From contig CAWIPH010000002.1 of NCBI GenBank assembly GCA_963837955.1, forward strand, positions 1,354,966 through 1,418,965: a stretch of DNA of 64,000 nt. Direction: 5' to 3'. How positions within the stretch are numbered: position 1 is the first letter of the stretch; each line of letters begins with the position of its first letter. Both the position numbers and the translations under genes were made by a program. Shown here one piece after another: positions 18,696 to 27,317 of the stretch. The stretch comes from an uncultured Verrucomicrobiae bacterium (GTDB lineage Bacteria > Verrucomicrobiota > Verrucomicrobiia > Chthoniobacterales > JAFAMB01). The notes beneath the pieces were generated by a model, which made no database searches, had not been told where the DNA came from, and was given only the letters and a program-made list of their open reading frames with translations.

Positions 18696-19232
18696 TCACG
18701 GCTCGACAAAGCTCGAATGCATAACGACAATCACCCAGTTATCGTTAATTTTTCGGAAGACCATCGTCGAAGTGCCGAGCGTTTTCCCTTTCTTCTGAAA
18801 AACTGTCCACCAGTCCAGCCCAACGGCCACATCTGGTGAGACCAGTTGAATTTGAACGCGGTCATAGACGACAGAACCCATTTCGTCTCGATTGGGGTAG
18901 CCACGGTGATATGTCGCATTGACGTCCGCCCAGCCCTTCAATTGCTCCCCCTCAATGACCACCAGTAAATCTGGGGATTTCCAACAGGGAGCGAGGTATC
19001 CATCGATATCGTGCGCATTCCAACGGTCGCCCATATTGATGAGCAAGGTATATATTTGCTGGTAGTCAGACGGATCTAGCTGGGGTGCAGACTGTGTTGC
19101 TGAAGGCTTGATGGAATCAAAACCCCAGGTGCCATAGGTCGGGGCGTTCTGCGCGAAAAGAGCGGTCACAGGAAAGGAGCACAGCGTCCCCAAGAGGAGG
19201 GAGCGGAGGAGCTTTTTAGTGACCATAGACAA
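18696..19232 (-). CDS. Secreted NTF2-like (SnoaL/DUF4440-type) protein
   Basis: Signal peptide 'LLLGTLCSFPVTALFAQ'. The cone-fold pattern 'MGDRWNAHDIDGYLAPCW...WTVF...STMVFRKINDNWVIVVMHSS' is present. Confidence 0.65.
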   Translation of the reverse strand: MSMVTKKLLRSLLLGTLCSFPVTALFAQNAPTYGTWGFDSIKPSATQSAPQLDPSDYQQIYTLLINMGDRWNAHDIDGYLAPCWKSPDLLVVIEGEQLKGWADVNATYHRGYPNRDEMGSVVYDRVQIQLVSPDVAVGLDWWTVFQKKGKTLGTSTMVFRKINDNWVIVVMHSSFVEP

Positions 19233-19948
19233 ACGTGCTGTTCTGTTTAGCAGCTTTTTCCCGCTAAACTAGTTATTTCTAGAAATTATGTGTTTTTAAT
19301 CTCAATTATGAGAAATCGAGGATTTTCGAAGTTAAGACGATTCTCACTGGGATTCTTGCGTAGAATTTAAATCATCGGACGAGTTTCCGTAAAGATTATA
19401 AATATTTGAGGCGGGGTTACGGAACCCGCCCTGCGCATGACGGCGCAAGTTATCCGAGGGAGATATTAGAGTCGGTGCTGGCGCCCTTCGGTGTGCAATT
19501 TCGGCGCACACTCGCCCAGATAGCTCAGGTTCGGCGCAGGCGAACCGCGATTAGTTAGGCCCAAACTCGCCTGGCATACCCTCGAAACCGACTCTAAGAA
19601 GTTCTGCAGAGTTCGCTCGACCGAGGTCGCAGACGCCTGGAGATCCAGTGCTTGTTTCAGAGTCGGTTGGTGATAGCGATTCTCACTGAGCAGATTCATA
19701 TCAAGGAAGGAGATTTTGGAGAGTGGCTTGGTATTGAAAAAAAACCATACTGCGGCATCCCGATCGGCTGGTCCGCACCTTCTCGAAACTTTGGAAGCGG
19801 GTCCTCTGGTGGATCGAAGGATTCTTTGTCGGCTGCGCCGCGGCGAGAATCTGTGAACACCTCGGTTATTGCGTTCCGATTTAATATCCTTGCTGTGGCC
19901 AAATACCGACCGATATAACACCGGAAAGCCGCAAATGGAGATTGACCG

Positions 19949-22900
19949 GTGAACTCGGAGTCTTTTGGTGTTCTCGGTGCGTCAGGTCATTATCCGGCGT
20001 CCAATTCTTTGCCGCGTTTGCGCATCTTCGTTTCGTCGCCGGGAGATGTGGATACCGAACGCCAGATTGCTAGCCGAGTTATCGACCGGTTGCGTGTGCG
20101 ATTTCAAGAGCATGGCGAGATCGATCCATATTTCTGGGAGTACGAACCGATGCGCCATCACGCGACGTTCCAGAATCAGATACCGCCCACATCTGATTTT
20201 GATGTTGTTATCTGCATTCTTTGGTCTCGGCTCGGAACCCCACTGATAGGTCCGGACGGAAAACGCTACGCTTCGGGGACCGAGTACGAGGTCGCGTCCG
20301 CGCGCGAATCATGGAAAACCACCGGGAGTCCGGAGGTCATGATCTATCTGCATGACGCGCCCGCGCAGATTCGGCAATTCCCAGACTCCGAATTTCAAAA
20401 GATGGTGGATCAGTTGAAGGCGCTCAAACGCTTTGTCGCCGAATATTGCCAAGATCCGGCGACGGGGGAGATTAAGGGTGCGTTTACTACTTATCGAGAC
20501 CTCGGTCAGTTCGAGACACTGCTCGAAAAACATCTAGAAAAACTGATCGAGCGAAAACTGCCGAAGCGGTGGATTGATCAACGCACCGAGATAACCCCAC
20601 ATTGGGTGGGCCAGAGCCCTTTCCGGGGCTTGGCCGCCTTCGACTTTGAGCATTCACCGATCTTTTTCGGACGGACGAAAGCCGTGGGAGAGGTGCTCGC
20701 CCAGTTGCGCCGGCGAATGGGAGCAGTCGAAGATGCGCGAGCGGCCAAGATGCCAGAGATAACCGCTGCGGCCTTTGTACTCGTTTCCGCCATGAGCGGG
20801 GTGGGCAAATCGTCCCTGGTTCGAGCCGGCATTTTGCCGCTGCTGGTGGAGCCTGGAAACGGCATTGCGCTCTGGCGCCGCGCGGAGGTGCGACCAAGCG
20901 AGTTTGCTGGTGATCTCTTCGACGGCTTAGCCCGCGCGCTCTGCGCTGAGGAAGCGTTGCCAGAGTTGCTGAGCGGCGAGACAACGGTGGAAACGGTTGC
21001 TGGTTTTCTGCGTCGGAATCCGGCCGGCATCGAATTTGGATTAAGCAGCGCGTTGGATCGCGCTAGCGCCGAACTCAAGCGCCAGGAAGAGCTGGACCTC
21101 CAAGCCCAAGAGCAGAGTTTTCGCTACCATGGCCGGCTCGCCGATGCCGACGCAGCGGACGAGAAGATAGCGCAACTCCGCAAAGCAACCTTTCCGAGTC
21201 GCCTGGTTTTGGTCGTCGATCAGTTGGAAGAATTGTTTACGCTCGAATCGATCACGCCCGAGGTCCGCACGAATTTCATCACGGCAATCGCGGCGCTGGC
21301 CAGAAGCGGCCGGGTTGCGGTGCTGGTAACGTTGCGAAGCGATTTCTTTGAAAAATGCGCTGAGGTTCCCGTGCTCGCGGAGTTAAGCAAGGGAGATGGT
21401 CTGTACCACTTGCTTCCGCCCAACGCACTCGAGATCGGCCAGATGATCCGAGAACCGGCGATTGCGGCTGGTTTGCAGTTCGAGATTTTTCAGGAAACCA
21501 AACAATCTTTGGACGAACGCCTACGCGATGCTGCGACTCGCAACCCGGAGGCCCTACCGCTCTTGCAATTCTGCTTGGAAGCGCTGTACCAGGCTCAAGC
21601 GAAACGGGGAGACGGGCTGCTCACCCATGCCGATTACGATGCGATAGGTGGAGTGGAAGGAGCCCTGGCTAATCGGGCGGAGGAGACATTTCTTCGTTTG
21701 CAGCCCGCAGAACAAGCCGAGTTCAGCCGGGTGATGCGAGCGGTAACGACAGCAGATGATAACGAGACGTTCACCCGGCGCTGGGCCGATCGAGATGAAC
21801 TTACCCGCGTGCCGGCAGCAAAAGCATTTGTCGATGCGTTTCTGGCTCCGGAAGCGCGATTGCTGGTCGTCGATCGAGATCTCCGTGGTCGGGTCGTTGT
21901 GAGTGTCACTCACGAGGCGTTACTGACCCGCTGGGAACGCTTACATCAATGGTTGCTGACTAATCTGGAAAACTTGCGGATGCGCGCTCAGGTAAGCGCC
22001 GATGCCCTCCGCTGGCGTCAGAGTGGACGCAACAACGACTATCTCTACGCCGGCGCTCTGCCGTTGGCGAAGGCCCACGACTTGGCGGAGCGCGATTTTC
22101 TGGACGATGCGGAGCGAGAATTTGTCGATGCTTCCGTGCGGGCGGCGCGTTCGGCCTCGGAGAAGAAGCGTCGCAACTTGCACCGGGTAATCGCTGGCGT
22201 GAGCGTAGTTGCCATCGTCGCGATCGTGCTCGCTATCACGAGCTTCGTGCAATATTCGCGAGCCAGGGCGGCAAAGAGACAAGCAGGTCAAGCCGCTCAG
22301 CGGGCAAAGCTCGCACGCACCGAGGCCGAAAAATTAATCAACTTTCTGGTGGGCGATCTCCACGACAAACTGAAACCGATCGGCAGGCTGGATTTGTTGG
22401 CAGAGATTAGTAAACGCGTCCGGGCTTATTATGAGAACTTCGCGGAACGGGAAAAGAATCCCGAGGCGCTCAAACAATGGAGCACCGCGCTAATAAATCA
22501 GGGTGATGTATTAACTGATCAAGGCGACCTGGATGCCGCACTGAAATGTTATGAGGAGTCGCTCTCGACCAGACAAATTCTCTTAAAGCAGAGTTCGAAC
22601 AGTACAGAATCGCGGCGAGATGTTGCTTCCGCACTGTTAAAAATTGCCGGGAATCGACATGCCCGCGGCGATTTTAGCGGCGCGCTGGCAATTTACGAAC
22701 AGGCGTTAGCAATCCGAAGAGAGATCGTAGTGACCGAGCCGGGAAACCAAGAGTTTCAGCATGATCTTTCGGTTGCGCTGGAGTTCGTTGGGCGGGCGGC
22801 ACACAATGCCGGCGATCAGACCAAGGCGCTTCGGAACTTGCGAGACGCAATTGCGGTCGGTCGACAAATCGTGCGCGGAACCTCAGTACCAGCCGCTTGG

Positions 22901-24094
22901 CAGAGCGATTTATCTTACGCCCTGCTCCTCGCTGGCGACGTCTTCATGGAACAAAACGACTCGGCCGAAGCGCTACAAGAATATCAGGATTCACTAGTCA
23001 TTCGAGAGCGGCTAGCAAGGGCGGAGCCAGACGACTCAGATCGGCAAAGGGATTTAGCCTTGAGTCTGGAGGAGGTCGGATATGCATTGGCTGATCAGGG
23101 AGATGAAACGGCTGCTTTGGACAAACAGCGGTTAGCTCTCGCGATCCGAGAGAAACTGGTTGGCCGGGATCCGGAGAACACCGATTGGCGGCAACAATTA
23201 TCGGTGAGTTACCGAAACATCGGGAGAATTCTCGCTGACCAGGGAGATCTTGAAGCCGCCCTGGTGAGCTATCAAAGTGGTTTGCGAATCCGAGAAAAAT
23301 TGGCCGCAGACAACCCGTCGAATGACCTGGCCCAACGCGATCTCGGTATCACCGAAGGGGATATTGGGGAGATCTTCCTGATGAAAGATGACCCGGTTGG
23401 CGCTCTTGAAAAATTTCACATGGCGGTAACCCGCCTTCGAGCGCTGGCAACCAAAAATCCAGAGAACCTCCTCTGGCAAAGCGATCTTGGTGAAGCACTC
23501 ATGGAAGCTGGGGACGCGGAGACGAAAAATAGCGAATTTGAGTCCGGGTTCGCCGAACTCGACGAAGCGCTTTCCATTTTCGGCCGGCTCAGCCAGCGAG
23601 ATCCCAATAATCTGTTCTGGCAATATATGACTGCGCTCACCCAGGTGAATCTGGGAGTGCTTTGCGGGTCTCAGAAGAAGTGGGCCGACGCCCTCCACAG
23701 CGAAGAGATGGCCGCGGAAACACTTCACCGGCTTTTGCAACAGGTTCCATCTTCGGTTTCCTTTATCGAAGACTTGGCCAGATGTGATTATCGCATCGGC
23801 GAAGCAGCGGAAGGGAGTGGAGATGAAGAAAGAGCGACGGGCCGATTCAGGGAAGCGTACGATTTGTTAGAACCCCTGGTTAACAAAGAATCCGGGAGGC
23901 GAGAGTGGATAGTCCAGTTTGCTCGTGTCGCCTATCATTTGGGTACTGCTCTGCACTCCCCTGGAGAAGGTCGAGCGATTCTCGAGAAAGGTCGCGATGC
24001 ACTGCTACCGCTTGAACAAAAGAATCTTCTTAGTGCTGATGACAAGGCAACACTGACCGATATTCGAAACGTCCTTGACCGAAATAGAGACTGA
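19949..24094 (+). CDS. DUF4062-like N-terminal domain - STAND (nSTAND/NACHT-like) NTPase - TM helix - TPR array protein
   Basis: GTG start with GGAG 11 nt upstream. N-terminus: 'RIFVSSPGDVDTER...SGTEYEVASA'. 'FRGLAAFDFEHSPIFFGR' at nt 20621-20674. Walker A 'SAMSGVGKSSLVRAG' at ~20791-20812. Walker B 'LVLVVDQLEELF' at ~21200-21238. Hydrophobic helix 'VIAGVSVVAIVAIVLAITSFV' at ~22187-22249. The remaining ~550 aa are degenerate 40-aa TPR-like repeats ('...GD...AL..Y..SL.I...L'). Confidence 0.8.
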   Translation: MNSESFGVLGASGHYPASNSLPRLRIFVSSPGDVDTERQIASRVIDRLRVRFQEHGEIDPYFWEYEPMRHHATFQNQIPPTSDFDVVICILWSRLGTPLIGPDGKRYASGTEYEVASARESWKTTGSPEVMIYLHDAPAQIRQFPDSEFQKMVDQLKALKRFVAEYCQDPATGEIKGAFTTYRDLGQFETLLEKHLEKLIERKLPKRWIDQRTEITPHWVGQSPFRGLAAFDFEHSPIFFGRTKAVGEVLAQLRRRMGAVEDARAAKMPEITAAAFVLVSAMSGVGKSSLVRAGILPLLVEPGNGIALWRRAEVRPSEFAGDLFDGLARALCAEEALPELLSGETTVETVAGFLRRNPAGIEFGLSSALDRASAELKRQEELDLQAQEQSFRYHGRLADADAADEKIAQLRKATFPSRLVLVVDQLEELFTLESITPEVRTNFITAIAALARSGRVAVLVTLRSDFFEKCAEVPVLAELSKGDGLYHLLPPNALEIGQMIREPAIAAGLQFEIFQETKQSLDERLRDAATRNPEALPLLQFCLEALYQAQAKRGDGLLTHADYDAIGGVEGALANRAEETFLRLQPAEQAEFSRVMRAVTTADDNETFTRRWADRDELTRVPAAKAFVDAFLAPEARLLVVDRDLRGRVVVSVTHEALLTRWERLHQWLLTNLENLRMRAQVSADALRWRQSGRNNDYLYAGALPLAKAHDLAERDFLDDAEREFVDASVRAARSASEKKRRNLHRVIAGVSVVAIVAIVLAITSFVQYSRARAAKRQAGQAAQRAKLARTEAEKLINFLVGDLHDKLKPIGRLDLLAEISKRVRAYYENFAEREKNPEALKQWSTALINQGDVLTDQGDLDAALKCYEESLSTRQILLKQSSNSTESRRDVASALLKIAGNRHARGDFSGALAIYEQALAIRREIVVTEPGNQEFQHDLSVALEFVGRAAHNAGDQTKALRNLRDAIAVGRQIVRGTSVPAAWQSDLSYALLLAGDVFMEQNDSAEALQEYQDSLVIRERLARAEPDDSDRQRDLALSLEEVGYALADQGDETAALDKQRLALAIREKLVGRDPENTDWRQQLSVSYRNIGRILADQGDLEAALVSYQSGLRIREKLAADNPSNDLAQRDLGITEGDIGEIFLMKDDPVGALEKFHMAVTRLRALATKNPENLLWQSDLGEALMEAGDAETKNSEFESGFAELDEALSIFGRLSQRDPNNLFWQYMTALTQVNLGVLCGSQKKWADALHSEEMAAETLHRLLQQVPSSVSFIEDLARCDYRIGEAAEGSGDEERATGRFREAYDLLEPLVNKESGRREWIVQFARVAYHLGTALHSPGEGRAILEKGRDALLPLEQKNLLSADDKATLTDIRNVLDRNRD

Positions 24095-24128
24095 CAGGGC
24101 GGTCGAATTAAATCTCACGCGCCTTTGC

Positions 24129-24153
24129 CGCGCTCGGCCAATACCGCCGAGCG
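24129..24153. terminator. 9-bp GC hairpin between convergent genes
   Basis: GCGCTCGGC-CAATACC-GCCGAGCGC. It lies 35 nt after the STAND stop and 25 nt after the minus-strand lipoprotein stop. A paralogous hairpin is at 24841-24864. Confidence 0.4.
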
Positions 24154-24177
24154 CTTGTGTCCCTAGCCCGTCTGCAT

Positions 24178-24372
24178 TTAGTGTACGGGTGGTTGGTGCT
24201 TACCTACTGAAGGCGGCAGGGCCATTTTTCCCTCGGGGGCGGGTGCAGGAGCAGGTTTTGCTTCGTTGCAACACCCGGCGAAGCCAAGCGTGAGGAAAGC
24301 CAAACTGAGTAGCGCGACTTTTCCTAAACCAGGTGTCGCTAATCCCGTTTTTCTACTTTCCTGATACATCAT
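24178..24372 (-). CDS. Mini-lipoprotein A1 (64 aa)
   Basis: 'MMYQESRKTGLATPGLGKVALLSLAFLTLGFAGC|CNEAKPAPAPAPEGKMALPPSVGKHQPPVH'. It has a lipobox FAGC. A paralogue at 24899-25078 shares the start context and the CCNEAKP motif. Confidence 0.55.
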   Translation of the reverse strand: MMYQESRKTGLATPGLGKVALLSLAFLTLGFAGCCNEAKPAPAPAPEGKMALPPSVGKHQPPVH

Positions 24373-24489
24373 CGTTTTCTGGTTGTTCATGGTTACACAT
24401 CTGTCGCGATAGACGAGAGCGTAGGGAGACTCCGTTGGTTTGATCAAGGATCTTTTTTTGCTGTGCTCTATTCTAACCAGGCCAGAGCC

Positions 24490-24669
24490 TCACTGCTTTG
24501 GACTTGCACTATTAACTGGAGGATGATGGTTCGCTGGCTTTTTGGGAGGGGTTTTTTGCTTTTTCGGAGTGTGCTTCGCACTGGCTGACGGTGACGGACT
24601 CGGGTTGGCCGCTTGAATCACAGCGGTGCCGCCGAAGATAACAACCAACGTCAGAATCAACTTTTTCAT
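24490..24669 (-). CDS. Small secreted Pro/Lys/Ser-rich peptide B1 (59 aa, below ORF-track cutoff)
   Basis: Hand translation: 'MKKLILTLVVIFGGTAVIQA|ANPSPSPSASAKHTPKKQKTPPKKPANHHPPVNSASPKQ'. It has a signal peptide, and the 5' flank is conserved with B2. Confidence 0.5.
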   Translation of the reverse strand: MKKLILTLVVIFGGTAVIQAANPSPSPSASAKHTPKKQKTPPKKPANHHPPVNSASPKQ

Positions 24670-24684
24670 GGGTAGAAGTCCGCG

Positions 24685-24713
24685 AGGCTAATAAAGTCGT
24701 GCCGGAAAGGCAA
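24685..24713 (-). promoter_or_regulatory. Putative promoter of B1 (conserved with the copy at 25429-25457)
   Basis: On the minus strand: TTGCCT, 17 nt, TAGCCT. The block CGCGAGGCTAATAAAGTC..GGAAAGGCAATAC is conserved upstream of both B genes. Confidence 0.25.
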
Positions 24714-24898
24714 TACCCAGTCGGGGGGCGCTGGCGCTCAAGAGGACACCGCCAGAAACCACTACATTTCAGCTCAGCGCCTTCGAATATTCGCTAGAAA
24801 CACAAAAGGCGCGTCGACTTCAATTCACGCGCCTTTTGCCGCGCTCGGGCGAAAGACCGAGCGCTCCTTAGGTGTTTCCTAGCCCTCTTGAATTGGAA

Positions 24899-25078
24899 TT
24901 AGTGGTGGTGGTGTGGCTCTACGGGCTGTTTGCCTTCCACCGGCGCCGGTGCTGGGGTCGGTTTTGCCTCGTTGCAACAACCTGCGAGACCAAGGGTGAC
25001 CAAAGCCGAGCAGACTAGCGCGACTTTTCCTAAATCAATTGCCGTTAATCCTGTTTTTCTACTTTCCTGATTCATCAT
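24899..25078 (-). CDS. Mini-lipoprotein A2 (59 aa, below ORF-track cutoff), His4 tail
   Basis: Hand translation: 'MMNQESRKTGLTAIDLGKVALVCSALVTLGLAGC|CNEAKPTPAPAPVEGKQPVEPHHHH'. It has a lipobox LAGC. An in-frame stop lies 8 codons upstream of the Met-Met. Confidence 0.55.
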   Translation of the reverse strand: MMNQESRKTGLTAIDLGKVALVCSALVTLGLAGCCNEAKPTPAPAPVEGKQPVEPHHHH

Positions 25079-25186
25079 CTTTTTCTTCGTTTTTCGTTGT
25101 TACTTGTTAGTGACCTACTTGTTGCCATCGACGAGAGGGGGGAGACTCTATCGGTTTGATCGGGGGCCTTTTTGCTGCGTTCTCTT

Positions 25187-25411
25187 CTAGCCAGGCAAGG
25201 CCTCAAGGCGTTGGAGTTGGGCTTGCTTTGCCACCAACTGGAGGATGCCCGCTTGCCATCGCTTTGGGCATACCCTTTTTCGGCTCGTCCTCTTTCGGTC
25301 TACTCCTTGGAGTGGCCGACGCGGCGGCAGATGGCGATGGGCTAGGATGGTTGCCTGGATGACAGCACTAAAGCCGAAGACAGGAACCAATAGAATAATG
25401 ATCTCTTTCAT
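25187..25411 (-). CDS. Small secreted peptide B2 (74 aa as read; frameshifted relative to paralogue B1)
   Basis: The signal 'MKEIIILLVPVFGFSAVIQA' is in frame with a basic tail. The B1-like sequence ('NHPSPSPSAAASATP...PKKGMPKAMASGHPPVGGKASPTPTP*') is read in the -1 frame starting right after the signal peptide. Confidence 0.4.
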   Translation of the reverse strand: MKEIIILLVPVFGFSAVIQATILAHRHLPPRRPLQGVDRKRTSRKRVCPKRWQAGILQLVAKQAQLQRLEALPG

Positions 25412-25428
25412 GGCGTAGGCTGCTCGCG

Positions 25429-25457
25429 AGGCTAATAAAGTCTCGCAGGAAAGGCAA
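25429..25457 (-). promoter_or_regulatory. Putative promoter of B2
   Basis: Same TTGCCT-17 nt-TAGCCT arrangement as at 24685-24713. Confidence 0.25.
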
Positions 25458-25664
25458 TACCTACTCGCGAGGCGTTTTTTCGGCCGCAAAAAGGGGTTTA
25501 ACGGACAGCCGCGGTCCCGCAATTCGTGCGATACGAAGCCCCTGGTGACGGCTCCCCGGAGAAACGCGATCTGTTTGATTCTATGATTGGACACGACCGG
25601 GGCTATTGGGTTCTATTCCTGCAGGTTTAGCGAAACCTGATTTCCATCGTTCCGTCAGACACGT

Positions 25665-27038
25665 ATGGTTCCGCGCTTTCAAGTTCTGATTCCGATCCTT
25701 TGCCTGATTGCGTTCGTTAGCCAGGCCAGAGGAGAAAACGCGGCGAGCATTCCGCTGAATCATTTCATTTATATCATTCAGGAAAATCGAACATTCGATA
25801 ACTATTTCGGCAGTTATCCTGGAGCAAACGGGATTCCGGCCGGAACCAAATTAGCTTATCGACCCGGTGGAACCCCTGAAGTCGCGCCATTTCATCTGCA
25901 CAGTTTAACCATTCCGCACGATTTGAATCACAGCTGGCAGGCGGCCCGGACTGCTTGGAACAATGGAAAGATGAATGGATTCCTGTGGGCGGAGTGGCCG
26001 GCAGCCCTACGCCTCTATTGGGATTCCAAGGAAGTACCGAAGCCTGACGTTTCTGTAGTGCATCCGGTAAGTGATGCTGCGGGCGATCAGGGCGTAGAAA
26101 AGAGTAGCGAAGCGGAACGAGGCGGACGCTTCGGCGGAAGAAAGAGGTTTGGCCAACCCAGAGCAGACTCACCCCCTGCTTGGGTGTTGAACACGCTTTC
26201 CTACTACGATTGGCACGAAATTCCCAATTATTGGGAGTATGCCCGGCGATTCACTTTGTCCGACGCATTTTTCTCTTCCCTGATGGGGCCAAGCGAACCC
26301 AACCATCTTTATACCGTAGCAGCCCAGTCCGGTGGCCTGGTTAACAACCCTGGACCTTCCATCGCCCATCAGCCTGGAGTCTACAGTTTCCCGACTTTCG
26401 CGGAGTTGCTGCAAGCTTCGCATATCTCCTGGAAATATTACGACGAAAAACCAAACCCACGTGCCCATAGCCTATGGAACCCGCTACCTGGCTTTAGACA
26501 GTTCCAACAACGTCCAGAGTTGATGCAACGCTTGGTCTCGAGCCAAGAGTTTGTCGGCGATCTTCAGGCCGGGAAGCTGCCCCAGGTGAGCTGGGTTGTT
26601 CCAATCGCGCCGGACAGCGAGCATCCACCCGCTGACGTCCAGCGTGGAATGTGGCACGTGACGGAACTAATTAACGCCGTCATGCAGAGCAAATACTGGA
26701 ACGACAGTGTGATTATTGTCACCTGGGACGACTACGGCGGTTTCTATGACCATGTGGCGCCTCCTAGTCTGGACAAGTACGGCTTCGGGCCACGCGTTCC
26801 GGCGCTGGTGATTTCGCCATACGCGCGGTCAGGTTATATCTGTCATACCCAATTCGATTTCACCTCACCATTAAAGCTGATCGAGAAGCGATTTGGATTG
26901 AAAGCGCTGTCGGCGCGAGACGCCGCCTCACCCGACATGACAGATTGCTTTGATTTTCAACAGAAGCCTTTGCCGCCCGACATTATCAACCGCGAAACCA
27001 AGCTAGATTTTAGCGCGGTCAAAACCACCTTGCCCTAG
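25665..27038 (+). CDS. Secreted phosphoesterase (phospholipase C / acid phosphatase AcpA family)
   Basis: Signal peptide, then '[22 protein letters not shown]' and '[15 protein letters not shown]...[14 protein letters not shown]', the hallmark motifs of the PF04185-type family. Confidence 0.85.
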   Translation: MVPRFQVLIPILCLIAFVSQARGENAASIPLNHFIYIIQENRTFDNYFGSYPGANGIPAGTKLAYRPGGTPEVAPFHLHSLTIPHDLNHSWQAARTAWNNGKMNGFLWAEWPAALRLYWDSKEVPKPDVSVVHPVSDAAGDQGVEKSSEAERGGRFGGRKRFGQPRADSPPAWVLNTLSYYDWHEIPNYWEYARRFTLSDAFFSSLMGPSEPNHLYTVAAQSGGLVNNPGPSIAHQPGVYSFPTFAELLQASHISWKYYDEKPNPRAHSLWNPLPGFRQFQQRPELMQRLVSSQEFVGDLQAGKLPQVSWVVPIAPDSEHPPADVQRGMWHVTELINAVMQSKYWNDSVIIVTWDDYGGFYDHVAPPSLDKYGFGPRVPALVISPYARSGYICHTQFDFTSPLKLIEKRFGLKALSARDAASPDMTDCFDFQQKPLPPDIINRETKLDFSAVKTTLP

Positions 27039-27090
27039 GATGCTGTTGGAAAACTCACGCGGAGCGCTCGCCTCACCGGTTACGGGCGTT

Positions 27091-27170
27091 GTCCCAGCGT
27101 TGGTAGGGCGAAAATTTATTTGAGCCGGGAGCCCCTCACTCAAAGCGTTCGCCCTGGCGATCGATCAGCG
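27091..27170. repeat. GGTAGGGCGAA palindromic (REP-like) element
   Basis: CCAGCGTTGGTAGGGCGAAAATTTATTTGAGCCGGGAGCCCCTCACTCAAAGCGTTCGCCCTGGCGATCG. It is nearly identical to the units at 59625-59820. Confidence 0.65.
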
Positions 27171-27230
27171 CAGCAAGGTGTAACAGCAGCCTCCTAGTTC
27201 CTGCAGGCCGCACCATTACCCAAGAAAGAA

Positions 27231-27260
27231 AAAGAGCGTCCCCCGCGGGACGCTCTTTTT
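27231..27260. terminator. Bidirectional rho-independent terminator between convergent phosphoesterase genes
   Basis: AAAGAGCGTCCC-CCGC-GGGACGCTCTTT: a 12-bp stem flanked by an A-run upstream and TTTTT downstream. Confidence 0.75.
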
Positions 27261-27317
27261 GATAACTGCGCTATTTGCTAACGGCGTGGATCTTGATTTG
27301 GTCCGAGTACCTTCGCT

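Noticed and set aside
19466-19921. 151-aa minus-strand ORF in the gap upstream of the STAND gene
   Set aside because: It has no RBS and no recognisable motif, and the N-terminal half is Arg/Ser-rich. It spans hairpins and composition changes. I cannot support it as a gene, although a small regulatory ORF in this region is not excluded.
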